64,000 nt of DNA from Vicinamibacteria bacterium. GTDB lineage: Bacteria > Acidobacteriota > Vicinamibacteria > Marinacidobacterales > SMYC01. Made by a program: the position numbers and the translations under genes. The stretch covers positions 21,671-85,670 of the forward strand of contig DATIBD010000019.1 of the NCBI GenBank assembly GCA_035457705.1, in the 5' to 3' direction. The notes beneath the pieces are model-generated. The model did not search any database. It was not told the DNA's origin and saw only the letters and a program-made list of their open reading frames with translations. Of the stretch, positions 26,379-35,608 are shown one piece after another; the stretch's first letter is position 1, and every line of letters starts with the position of its first letter.

Positions 26379-27839
26379 TCATTTCTCGATTGAATTGAGA
26401 GCGTGGCAGCCGAGGCAAGGTGGCTGAACGCGGTCTGAATGGCATGTCGTACATGCCATTCTTTCCCCATGCTCCTTGGCCTCGAACATGGCTTGGCGTG
26501 AAAACGGTGACTTCCATGCCTCGTTCTGCTGGATCTGTTTGAGAATCGGGACGTCGAGTAGTTGCCCGGTGGCAGAATGTAAAAGGACTCGATCGCCATC
26601 CTTCACCACGTTGCCAAAAGGATTACCCCGCGAGGTCAACAAATAGCCTTCCCGGCCATCGTAGAAGGCACCTACCACGTCCGGCGGCTCTTTCACCAAG
26701 CCGCGAGCAAGATCCGGCGGATTCTTCCGGGGCTCGCCGCCGTAACCGATCGGTAGTTCCCAGGGCGCCTTGTCAATGGTGCCGTGACAGTCCTCGCACC
26801 GGATCTCGACCTGGGCACGAGAAGACAGGGGGATGTTGCCGTCGCCATGCATCTCGATCGAAGTGTGGCAATCCTGACACAGCATGGTACCGCCCACATG
26901 CGTCTGATGGCTGCTGCCGTAATGGCTGATCACGGATCCGATGGGATTGAGGTCTTCATGCCGGACATCGTTGTGACAAGTAAAACAGTTGTCTAGCAGG
27001 ATGCCACGAAAACTCTCGGAGTCGTCTCCGTTCGCGCGGAGGGCAATCGTCGTGTTTGCCGTTCCCTGCAGACGGTGCAGCAAGAGTTTGCCGGTTTGAT
27101 TCCGGTCGATCGTGGGGTCGTCTCCCAGGTAGAAGCCGCCGATGCGATAGGGCACATGGCAGGACGAACAGCCGGTGCCGTGTTCGTCCTCGAGCTCGCT
27201 TTTGGCTTTTCGAATATGGCAGCTGGCGCATTGAGATTGCCCCACGCCTTCGGAAGAAACCGGAGGGGGCTCTAGCCTTTTCGCGAAGAGGTCCGGGTCT
27301 GACGCCAGTGGCCTCATGAATTCCTTGTAGACCGCCGAGCCAACAACGGGCGCGTTGCCGTCGTCGTCTTCGATTGCGTAAGAACCGAACCGTTTCTCAA
27401 CGCCGCCGGAGGCCGCTTCACTCAATGCGAAACGACAAAGATTGCGATGGATCTTCGTCGTCTCTGTTCCCGTCGATGATTTCAGCAAACGCCTCGCATA
27501 GCCTTGATGGCATTGACCGCAGGTGAGCTCGGCCACGAAGAAGCTCCCGGGATTGGGATAGAAACGCTGGGGACCCGTGGGTCGAGGCGCGCTACGGTGG
27601 GCTTCTTCTTTGGTGATGGCCGAAGGGGTCCCGCCGTGACAAACGACACACCCTTCCGGATCGCCGAGTTTCCGGCCACGCGCTCTGATCTGTTCCATCA
27701 TCTTACCTTCCGCAAACGGAAGGATTCCGCCGTGACAAGAAAGACAGCCACGACCTTCGGAAGGGCTCGTAGCAGGTTCCATGCTCCGCGGTATCAATGG
27801 AAGCGAGAACATCAAGGCAGTCAGAGCCCCTAACTGCAT
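26379..27839 (-). CDS. decahaem c-type cytochrome
   Basis: Ten CxxCH motifs: CLSCH, CVVCH, CGQCH, CASCH, CSSCH, CFTCH, CQDCH, CEDCH, CTTCH, CLGCH. Hydrophobic N-terminus. Confidence 0.9.
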   Translation of the reverse strand: MQLGALTALMFSLPLIPRSMEPATSPSEGRGCLSCHGGILPFAEGKMMEQIRARGRKLGDPEGCVVCHGGTPSAITKEEAHRSAPRPTGPQRFYPNPGSFFVAELTCGQCHQGYARRLLKSSTGTETTKIHRNLCRFALSEAASGGVEKRFGSYAIEDDDGNAPVVGSAVYKEFMRPLASDPDLFAKRLEPPPVSSEGVGQSQCASCHIRKAKSELEDEHGTGCSSCHVPYRIGGFYLGDDPTIDRNQTGKLLLHRLQGTANTTIALRANGDDSESFRGILLDNCFTCHNDVRHEDLNPIGSVISHYGSSHQTHVGGTMLCQDCHTSIEMHGDGNIPLSSRAQVEIRCEDCHGTIDKAPWELPIGYGGEPRKNPPDLARGLVKEPPDVVGAFYDGREGYLLTSRGNPFGNVVKDGDRVLLHSATGQLLDVPILKQIQQNEAWKSPFSRQAMFEAKEHGERMACTTCHSDRVQPPCLGCHALNSIEK

Positions 27840-28117
27840 GAATCGATTTCCTTATTCCATGGCAAATCCGGTGCTTCGTCCGCGGATGCCGTTTCAATTA
27901 GGCCGATTACGGGGGGATGAATAACTCTCGAGAACATTATACAAGCTGGCACGGGAGCAGTGATGCCGCAATCCAAATGTCATTCGTCGGAATGGCGGGC
28001 ATTGACTCGGAGAGATGCCGCGACCCGCGAGTAGCGGTCCGCCGTTACCAAAGCTCCCGCAAGTTTCGCTCGCATCGACTTCCGGAGCGAAGCCAGTGGA
28101 GTAGGAGGGTGCTAACG

Positions 28118-28133
28118 AGCACAATGGTAGAAT
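28118..28133 (+). promoter_or_regulatory. candidate extended -10 promoter giving a leaderless or near-leaderless mRNA
   Basis: TGgTAGAAT (extended -10). The hexamer ends 9 nt before the ATG at 28143 and no Shine-Dalgarno fits in between. Confidence 0.4.
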
Positions 28134-28142
28134 CGCCGGCAT

Positions 28143-30989
28143 ATGAACATCGCCCACGAGCTGCGTGAGCGCGTCGAAGGCGAGGTTCGATTCGATCGCT
28201 ATTCACGGATCCTTTACTCCACGGACGCCAGCATCTATCAGATCGAGCCCATCGGTGTCGTCATTCCGAAACACGCGGGTGACGTCGCCGAGGTGATACG
28301 TTTCGCCTCGCGCGAAGGCATCCCGGTTCTGCCTCGAGGCGGGGGCACCTCGCTCGCCGGGCAGGCCGTGGGCGAAGCCATCGTCATCGACTTTTCGAAA
28401 TACATGCGCGATGTGGTGGAGGTCTCGCGCGAGGAATCGTGGGCGCGGGTCCAGCCGGGCATCGTACACGACGTGCTCGGTGCGCACCTGAAGCCCTACG
28501 GCCTCCGCTTCGGGCCCGAGACCGCCACGAGCAACCGGGCGAACATCGGCGGCATGATCGGAAACAACTCTGCCGGGGCGCGCTCGCTCATCTACGGGAA
28601 GACCGTCGACAACGTTCTCGAGGTCAAATCCGTTCTCGCCGACGGGTCGACGGCGACCTTTGGTTCGGTTTGCCGGAGCGATCTCGACTTCAAGACCCGA
28701 GGCGACGGGCTCGAGGCGGCTATCTATCGCACGGCACTCGGTATTGCGGAGGCACATCGGGCGGAGATCGAGGCCCGCTACCCGAAGATCCCGAGGCGGG
28801 TATCCGGCTATAACCTCGACGAGCTCTTCGACCCCCGGGAGATCAACCTCGCCAAGCTCGTTGTGGGCTCCGAGGGAACCTTTGCTTCCGTGGTCGAAGC
28901 CAAGCTCGCTCTCGCTCCGCTTCCTCCCGCATCGGGACTCGCCGTCCTGCACTTCGGGGGGCTTCTTCCTGCCCTCGAGACTGGCTGCGAGGTTCTGTCT
29001 CTCGAGCCGTCTGCCGTGGAGCTCGTCGACGAGATGGTCATGGACCTTGCGCGGCGCTCCCTCGAGTACTCCCGGCGCATGCATTTCGTTCACGGCCAGC
29101 CCAAGGCGCTCATCATCGTCGAGTTCGTCGGCGAGACGAGGAAGGAAGTGGAGGCGAAGCTCGATGCGCTCGACGAGCTCGTCGGGCCGAGCGGAAAGCC
29201 GATGGTGCGCGTGCTCGAGCCCGAGGCCCAGGCGAATGTGTGGAAAGTGAGGAAAGCGGCGCTTCCTCTTCTGCTCGGCCTGCCGGGCGACAAGAAGCCG
29301 ATTGCGTTCGTGGAAGACACCGCTGTGGCTCCGGAACGCGTCCCCGATTTCATCCGCCGTTTCGAAGCAATCCTCGCCGATCACGATACCGTGGGCTCCT
29401 TCTACGCCCACGCGGGAGCGGGCTGTCTGCATATCCGCCCGCTCGTCAACCTGAAGGACGGAGCGGAGGTCCGAAAGATGACCTCGATCTCCGAGGAGGT
29501 GTTCGCGCTCGTCATCGAGTTCGGTGGCTCCATGAGCGGCGAGCATGGGGACGGCCTCGCCCGCAGTCACTTCAACGAGCGTCTGTTCGGTCAGCGCCTC
29601 TACCGGGCGTTTCGCGAGCTGAAGGCGGCTTTCGACCCCAAGGGAATCATGAACCCCGGGAAGGTCGTCGATGCCCCGGGGATGGCGGAAAATCTGCGCT
29701 ACGGCGAGTCCTATCGAGCGTCGGAGCCGAAGACGGCGTTTCCCTACTCTCGTGAGGGCGGGTTCGCTCGGGCCGTCGAGCTCTGTAACGGCTCCGGTGT
29801 GTGCCGCAAGAACCTCGAGGGCACGATGTGTCCGTCGTTCATGATCACGAGGGACGAGGCGCACTCGACCAGGGGCCGGGCGAACGCGCTTCGCGCCGTG
29901 CTCGATGGACGCTTGCCGACGGACGATATGGCGAGCGAGCGCCTCTACGAGATCATGGACCTTTGCATCTCGTGCAAGGGCTGCAAGGCGGAATGTCCCT
30001 CGAACGTGGACCTGGCCCGGTTGAAGTCGGAGTTTCTCGCCCTCTACCACCGCGAGCATCCGTACTCGCTGCGGGAGAAGCTTCTCGTCCGACCCGAGAT
30101 GCTGGGACGGCTGGGAGTGAAGACCCGCCCTCTCGCCACCGCTTTGGCTCGGCAGAGCTGGTTCCGGGCTCTTCTCGAATCGTTGGCCGGGATCGACCGG
30201 CGCCGCACCCTGATGCCCTTCGCTCGCGAGACCTTCGAAAGCTGGTTTCGGAGGAGAGCGAAGCCTCCACGAAGCGGCGCGAAGCGGGTCGTTCTCTTCC
30301 ACGATACCTTCATGAACTACCACGAGCCCGACATCGGGAGGTCGGCCGTCCTCCTGCTCGAGGCCGCCGGATACGAGGTGGTTCTTGGCAAAGCGTCGTG
30401 CTGCGGGCGGCCGTCGATTTCCAAGGGGATGCTCGACCGAGCGCGGAAACAGGCCAGCGAGAACGTAAGGGCGCTCCATCCTTTCGTTCGCGAGGGGATT
30501 CCCGTCGTCGGCGCCGAGCCGTCGTGCATTCTCGGCTTTCGTGACGAGTATCCCGATCTGGTGCCCGGCGAAGCGTCGAAGGCGCTTGCCGATAGAAGCT
30601 TTCTTCTCGAGGAGTTTTTCGACCGAGAGGGGCTTTCGTTGGATTTTCCTGGCGCACCGGGAAAGCTGCTGGTGCACGGCCACTGCCATCTCAAGGCGCT
30701 CGTGGGAACGGAGTCCCTCGTTCGCTTCCTCGCGAAGCTCGGCGGCACCGTCACGATAGTGGACTCGGGGTGTTGCGGCATGGCCGGCTCGTTCGGCTTC
30801 GAGAAGGAGCATTTCGACCTGTCGGTGCAGATGGCGGAGCGGCGTCTCGCCCCCGCGGTTCGTGCCGCATCGGAAGACACGACCGTCGTGGCGCCGGGCA
30901 CCTCATGCCGCCATCAGATCGCGGACCTCACCGGCCGCGAGGCCTATCATCCCGTGGAGGTCGTTGCGCGCGCTGCCGCGCTCGTGTGA
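28143..30989 (+). CDS. FAD-binding (GlcD-like) oxidoreductase fused to Fe-S / CCG cysteine-rich domains (YdiJ-like)
   Basis: N-terminal FAD-binding PCMH-type domain (PRGGGTSLAGQ). Central ferredoxin-type cluster motif CISCKGCKAECP. C-terminal CCG-type motifs (ASCCGRP, SGCCGMAGSFG). 948 aa, the same architecture as E. coli YdiJ. Confidence 0.88.
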   Translation: MNIAHELRERVEGEVRFDRYSRILYSTDASIYQIEPIGVVIPKHAGDVAEVIRFASREGIPVLPRGGGTSLAGQAVGEAIVIDFSKYMRDVVEVSREESWARVQPGIVHDVLGAHLKPYGLRFGPETATSNRANIGGMIGNNSAGARSLIYGKTVDNVLEVKSVLADGSTATFGSVCRSDLDFKTRGDGLEAAIYRTALGIAEAHRAEIEARYPKIPRRVSGYNLDELFDPREINLAKLVVGSEGTFASVVEAKLALAPLPPASGLAVLHFGGLLPALETGCEVLSLEPSAVELVDEMVMDLARRSLEYSRRMHFVHGQPKALIIVEFVGETRKEVEAKLDALDELVGPSGKPMVRVLEPEAQANVWKVRKAALPLLLGLPGDKKPIAFVEDTAVAPERVPDFIRRFEAILADHDTVGSFYAHAGAGCLHIRPLVNLKDGAEVRKMTSISEEVFALVIEFGGSMSGEHGDGLARSHFNERLFGQRLYRAFRELKAAFDPKGIMNPGKVVDAPGMAENLRYGESYRASEPKTAFPYSREGGFARAVELCNGSGVCRKNLEGTMCPSFMITRDEAHSTRGRANALRAVLDGRLPTDDMASERLYEIMDLCISCKGCKAECPSNVDLARLKSEFLALYHREHPYSLREKLLVRPEMLGRLGVKTRPLATALARQSWFRALLESLAGIDRRRTLMPFARETFESWFRRRAKPPRSGAKRVVLFHDTFMNYHEPDIGRSAVLLLEAAGYEVVLGKASCCGRPSISKGMLDRARKQASENVRALHPFVREGIPVVGAEPSCILGFRDEYPDLVPGEASKALADRSFLLEEFFDREGLSLDFPGAPGKLLVHGHCHLKALVGTESLVRFLAKLGGTVTIVDSGCCGMAGSFGFEKEHFDLSVQMAERRLAPAVRAASEDTTVVAPGTSCRHQIADLTGREAYHPVEVVARAAALV

Positions 30990-31001
30990 CGCTCACCGGC
31001 C

Positions 31002-31622
31002 ATGGAGATCGTTCTCGACATCGAGACCGTGGGACAGGGGGTAGAAGACGTCCCCGAGCGCGCTCTGGAGTACCTCTATCGTTCGCTCCAGCGCGACCAG
31101 CCCGATCCCGAAGAGCTCGAGAGGCGGCGCGAGGATCTCGTTTCCCGCTTCGGCCTGGACCCAACTACCGGTCGCGTCGTCTGCGTGGGCACGTTTGACG
31201 TCGAAACGTCCCGTGAGCGGGCTTTCGTGGAAGCGTCTGAGCGTGCCCTACTGGAATCGTTCTGGCAGTGGCTCTCGGATACGAGACCGAAGCTTCTCGT
31301 CACATTCAACGGGAAGCGCTTCGATGTTCCGTATCTCGAGATCCGAAGCGCCATTCACGGCATCGAGCCGGAGTCGTCCTTTTCCAGCATCGCCCACATC
31401 GATTTGAGGCAGACGCTCGAAGGCGACGAGCGGCGGCGGCGCGGAAGCCTCGATTACTTCTGTGCGATCTTCGGAATTCCGTCACCCAAGACAGAGCTCG
31501 ATGGCTCGCGTGTCGAGGAGGCTTTTGGCCAAGGGAGAATCGAGGAGATCACCCGCTACTGTCTCGAAGACTGTCGCGCCACGGCAGCTCTGTATAAAAG
31601 GTTGAGGCCCTTCTGCAGGTGA
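31002..31622 (+). CDS. RNase H-like 3'-5' exonuclease domain protein (PolB-exonuclease-related)
   Basis: LDIET (DxE motif), LVTFNGKRFDVPYL, YCLEDCRATAALY. Starts 12 nt after the oxidoreductase stop. Confidence 0.62.
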   Translation: MEIVLDIETVGQGVEDVPERALEYLYRSLQRDQPDPEELERRREDLVSRFGLDPTTGRVVCVGTFDVETSRERAFVEASERALLESFWQWLSDTRPKLLVTFNGKRFDVPYLEIRSAIHGIEPESSFSSIAHIDLRQTLEGDERRRRGSLDYFCAIFGIPSPKTELDGSRVEEAFGQGRIEEITRYCLEDCRATAALYKRLRPFCR

Positions 31623-31799
31623 CTGATACGCTAATGGGCGCAGGACCGGAGTCAAGGCGGTGGAGCAGGGGAAGAAGCCCAATTTCGCGCAGTAGACCTG
31701 CGTGTGCTCTCGATGGCCCACGCTCTTCGAAGCAGCCTGATATAGGCGGCGCGCGCAGCTCCGGATCCCTCGAGCTCCGTTTAGAAGGAGCTTCGGGCA

Positions 31800-32942
31800 T
31801 CACCGAAGGACTTCGGCGTCGAACCAGGTCTCGAGCCGAATTTCCGGGTGCTTGCGGGGCGCGACGAGCGCGTTCTCGACTTCGAACCTGAGCTCGAGAC
31901 GCTCTCCCAAAGACGCTCCCTTGACTCCAAGAGTCGTTTCCTCGTGAGGTGCAAGGGTCACGATATCGGTGCTGCGCTGAAAGGAAACATCTCCCAGGTT
32001 CCTCAACGAGAATGACGCATCGGAGAGGTTTTCGATGGTCACTTCGACCACCTTGGAATCCTCCAGATAGCGCGCCCCACGGACGACAATCGACGCGAGC
32101 AGTAGCGGTTCCACGAACTCGGGAAGTCCTATCAGCTGGTTTCGGTACCAGACGACCGTGCGTCCCGCGAAAAGAGCCTCGCGAATGGCCTCCGAGGTGC
32201 GCTCCTTCGCGAACACTAGCGTGATCGGGCGATGACCGCCGCCCGGGACGTCGAACTCCCAGTCGACGAGCCCATGGATATCGGACGTTCCCAAGACGGT
32301 CAGGCCCTCGTCGAGAGCGATCTGAAATGCCTCTTCGGAAATCGTTTGCTCGTTGACGACCTCGATCCCGTGAAGGAGCCTCTCGTCAATGAGCTGACGA
32401 TGCAAGGGGGTCAGCCGCGCGATCCCATCGGGAGCTTGTTCCACCCAATCGGGGTGGTTCCAAAAGATGAACGCCCCCTGAGAGTGAGCTTCGCGGAAAG
32501 CACCCATCGCATCTTCTTGAAGGATTGTGTTCGCGTCCCGGATGAAGATGGCGTTGGCATGCCCTGGAGGCATGTCGCGGGTGATCTCCGAGCCATGAAC
32601 GACGAGAAGGTCGTGGTCTCGAGCGAGCTCGCGGGCGAGCTCATAGGAGCGATTGCGGTCCTCGTGGGGAATGTCTTCCCGATGAGGCTGATACTCGAGA
32701 TGCTCGGTGAGGGAGATCGCGTCGAGTCCGTCCTTCACGGCTTCCTCGACCCGTATGTCCGGCCACACGCTGCCATCCGAGAAAACCGAGTGCTGATGGA
32801 GGTCACATTTGAGCGTCAGATAGTCGGGAACGTTCGGAAAGGTGATGCGGCGAGAGCCGCGCTCCTGAGCCTCGGCCCTCGAGGCGCTGGAGAAGCTCCA
32901 CGAAGCGAGAACCAGAACGAGAACTTTGAATTGGCGAACCAT
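31800..32942 (-). CDS. secreted PHP-domain phosphoesterase
   Basis: Signal peptide (VLVLVLASWSFSSASRAEA). PHP metal-binding start CDLHQHSVFSDG, later HLEY and GTSDIHG. Confidence 0.72.
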   Translation of the reverse strand: MVRQFKVLVLVLASWSFSSASRAEAQERGSRRITFPNVPDYLTLKCDLHQHSVFSDGSVWPDIRVEEAVKDGLDAISLTEHLEYQPHREDIPHEDRNRSYELARELARDHDLLVVHGSEITRDMPPGHANAIFIRDANTILQEDAMGAFREAHSQGAFIFWNHPDWVEQAPDGIARLTPLHRQLIDERLLHGIEVVNEQTISEEAFQIALDEGLTVLGTSDIHGLVDWEFDVPGGGHRPITLVFAKERTSEAIREALFAGRTVVWYRNQLIGLPEFVEPLLLASIVVRGARYLEDSKVVEVTIENLSDASFSLRNLGDVSFQRSTDIVTLAPHEETTLGVKGASLGERLELRFEVENALVAPRKHPEIRLETWFDAEVLR

Positions 32943-33036
32943 GGCCAGGATTTTCGCACAACAAGGAAAAACGGAGATGAAAGTTCTGTAAAGTGCGGGA
33001 GAGCTTTTCCGAGCTCAGAACGATGGCAATCGGCCG

Positions 33037-33855
33037 CTACGGACCACGACTATTCAGAACCCGAAGCGTGAGATCGATTCCGGCTGTCGGAGACAGATCT
33101 TCTTGGGCACGGACGCGGCTCACGAAAACGTACTCCCGAGAATCCGTCTCGATGTGCCCGACGATCCAGCTCACCCGCTCATCGCCGACGCGGGTAAAAC
33201 CCGTTTTTGCCCGCAGTACGTGAATGCCGGGCCAAGAAAGCCCGAAGTCGTGAATGCCCGCTGCATTCGTGATCTTGCCGGGGGGCATCGTGAACGCTGC
33301 CTTCACGGCATCGACGATCTGGCGTTCCACCGGAAGCTCGAAGCGCACGAGGCGGCGCAGGAAACGAAGCTGCTCGTCTGGCGAGACGACGAGATCCCCG
33401 TTCAGCCAGAACCACGTTACGTCATCTTCGAAGGAGTCCTTGGCATATTCGAGCCCTTTCAGAGACTCGCGCATCCGCTCGGGTCCGATCAGAGACGCGG
33501 TACGCTGGAAGAACCAGACCACGGATGACTTCATGGCGGAGTCCAAGGAGTGATCGCGCTCCCAGGTCGCGAATGGCTGCGTCTTTCCGTCCCACGCGAC
33601 TCGTTCCAACGGGTCGGAAACGATACCCGTGTCGAGCGCGATCAACGCGTGCGGTATCTTGAACGTCGACGCGGGGGCCGTCGGGACGGCACACTCATCG
33701 GGGTCGGTGACATACGGGGTTTGGGCGTCAAGCGGCAGCAGCAGGACGCACTCACGGCGATCCGAAAAAAACCTGCTCGGCCGCGCGAGGACGTGCTGCG
33801 CCGGGGTGACCGTCAATATCAAAAGCGCGGCAGTTCGAGCTCGACCCGGATTCAT
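33037..33855 (-). CDS. class D beta-lactamase family (OXA-like) / penicillin-binding transpeptidase-fold protein
   Basis: Signal peptide. STFK (ASTFKIPHAL), SxV (SSVVW), FWLNGDLVVSPDEQLRFL, KTG (AKTGFT), WIVGH. The usual YGN position reads YAK. Confidence 0.72.
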   Translation of the reverse strand: MNPGRARTAALLILTVTPAQHVLARPSRFFSDRRECVLLLPLDAQTPYVTDPDECAVPTAPASTFKIPHALIALDTGIVSDPLERVAWDGKTQPFATWERDHSLDSAMKSSVVWFFQRTASLIGPERMRESLKGLEYAKDSFEDDVTWFWLNGDLVVSPDEQLRFLRRLVRFELPVERQIVDAVKAAFTMPPGKITNAAGIHDFGLSWPGIHVLRAKTGFTRVGDERVSWIVGHIETDSREYVFVSRVRAQEDLSPTAGIDLTLRVLNSRGP

Positions 33856-33882
33856 GTTCCACGTTCCTCTAGCTCGGCCTGC

Positions 33883-35604
33883 TTAGAAGCGGTACCGGAC
33901 TTGGAATCTCGCCAAGACGGCATCGTCTCGGTGTCGAAACGCAGGGCCGGGCCGGAAGAAACCCCCCACGACCTCGATATCCCAGCTCGGCAAGCTTCGG
34001 CTGCCAAAAATGAGATCGGCCTCCCACCCCAGTCGGCGGTCCAAGCCATTGGGCCGGCGGTCGAGCTCCGAGATCAGCGTGGTCGTCGTCTTGTCCTGCT
34101 CGAATCGATGATATACGAAATCGAGCGACGTCCTTTCCGCCAGCCGAGCTCCCATCCCCAGGGTGAGGATTCTCAGGTTCGCGAGCTCGGGATCGACTAA
34201 TTCACCGTAATAGCGGAACGAGGTCACTCCGGCGAACTTGGCGCTGTTGTCCTGGAAGCCCGTCTGCCTAAAGGTGCGGTCACCATTCTCCGGCGAATCG
34301 TCTCCACTCCCGAAGGCGTATCCGGCCGTGAGCGCAAGCGGGCCGACGGTCGACCAGGTCGAGCCAACGTCGAAACCCCATCCTTCCATCGCGACCAACC
34401 CGTTGTGTCCGCGAAGGATCGCTGCGTCCAGCCAGCTATCCAATGCCGGAAGCCACTCGCCGTCGAGGCTGATGCCGAGGTGCGTGGTGTGCTCCAGCGG
34501 CTCCAGATTGAAATCGCGTCGAATCACGTAACCGCCGAGATGCCGTTTTCGGTCGTTGTTCGAAAGGTAGGCGATCCAATTCGTGGAGGCCAGGTCTCTG
34601 GGGCCACCGTCCGAGAGTATCGTGCTCACCGACAGATCGAAGCGCCACCTTTCTCGCAACGCAACCAGCCGAATCGCATCGAGGTTCTTGTCGAACACCC
34701 ACTCCCGGGCCTCGTCGAAGTCCTGGCGACCGATGTACAAGTACGTTCCCAGGTTCCAGGGATCCCGCACGTAGAGCCAGGTCTGGCCAAAACGAGTCGT
34801 GCCCACAGTGCTGGTACCGTCCTCCTCATCGTTCCGGTGGCGACCCGCAGTGCGAACCTCGAATACGCCTCCCCAGCGGTCGTCGGGTGACCACTCGAGG
34901 CGCAGGCGGGCGGAGCCGTCGTAATCGGTGCGGTCCTCTGCGGACTCGACGTTCAGATTGAAATTACCCTCTCGGGTGCTCTCGAGCTCGAGCTGCCCCG
35001 TGAAACGAAGGCTTCGAGACAGCGCGATTCCTCGCCCGAAGAGATCGTCCTCGTCGACGCGTTCTTGGGCCGCAGCGCTGACGGCGGAGGCGAGAGGAAT
35101 GTCCGCGAGCGGAAGCTCGTGCTCCACGAACGGCGGCAGGCGGACCCACATGTGCAGGATGCGCACTTCCGTGCCGCCCTCCGTGTGCCGAAGTTCTTCC
35201 ACTCTCCCCCCCACGCGATCCCGGCCTGCCCCTCGGGCACTCACTTTTTCCGCGAGGAATCGCTCGGGCCCGCGATCGAAACCTTCGACCTTGACCCGAT
35301 TGCCCACGAGGCGCTCCCGGTCCACCCGAAATCGCGTTTCGCGAGAAAACTCGAGCGCCTCGCCCAGAAGAAAGAGGTCCTCGCGGCGATCATCTCGCCC
35401 TTCGCCATTCGTAATGGTTCCGATCAGCACATCGTAAGGCTGTGGGAGCAGAACCTCGGCCTTGTCCGCGACAAAGACTCCATTCGACGAGAGATTGCCC
35501 CGGACCTCGAGCCAATGTCCCTCGGTCACTTCGGACGAGCTCGACGTCGCCAAAGTAACGGAAGTGAGTGCGAGACTGAAGACGACCAAACCGATTTCCA
35601 TCAT
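33883..35604 (-). CDS. outer-membrane beta-barrel of the alginate-export (AlgE-like) type with N-terminal soluble domain
   Basis: Signal peptide. C-terminal ~400 aa have alternating beta-strand character and AlgE-family-like segments (FRYYGELVDPELANLRILTLG). Ends with an aromatic residue (VRYRF). Confidence 0.65.
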   Translation of the reverse strand: MMEIGLVVFSLALTSVTLATSSSSEVTEGHWLEVRGNLSSNGVFVADKAEVLLPQPYDVLIGTITNGEGRDDRREDLFLLGEALEFSRETRFRVDRERLVGNRVKVEGFDRGPERFLAEKVSARGAGRDRVGGRVEELRHTEGGTEVRILHMWVRLPPFVEHELPLADIPLASAVSAAAQERVDEDDLFGRGIALSRSLRFTGQLELESTREGNFNLNVESAEDRTDYDGSARLRLEWSPDDRWGGVFEVRTAGRHRNDEEDGTSTVGTTRFGQTWLYVRDPWNLGTYLYIGRQDFDEAREWVFDKNLDAIRLVALRERWRFDLSVSTILSDGGPRDLASTNWIAYLSNNDRKRHLGGYVIRRDFNLEPLEHTTHLGISLDGEWLPALDSWLDAAILRGHNGLVAMEGWGFDVGSTWSTVGPLALTAGYAFGSGDDSPENGDRTFRQTGFQDNSAKFAGVTSFRYYGELVDPELANLRILTLGMGARLAERTSLDFVYHRFEQDKTTTTLISELDRRPNGLDRRLGWEADLIFGSRSLPSWDIEVVGGFFRPGPAFRHRDDAVLARFQVRYRF

Positions 35605-35608
35605 GGCG

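Noticed and set aside
28203-30812. 869-aa ORF antisense to the YdiJ-like oxidoreductase
   Set aside because: It mirrors a gene with clear FAD/Fe-S motifs. Its translation is Arg/Gly/Pro/Leu-rich with no motifs, which is typical of a stop-poor antisense frame in GC-rich DNA.
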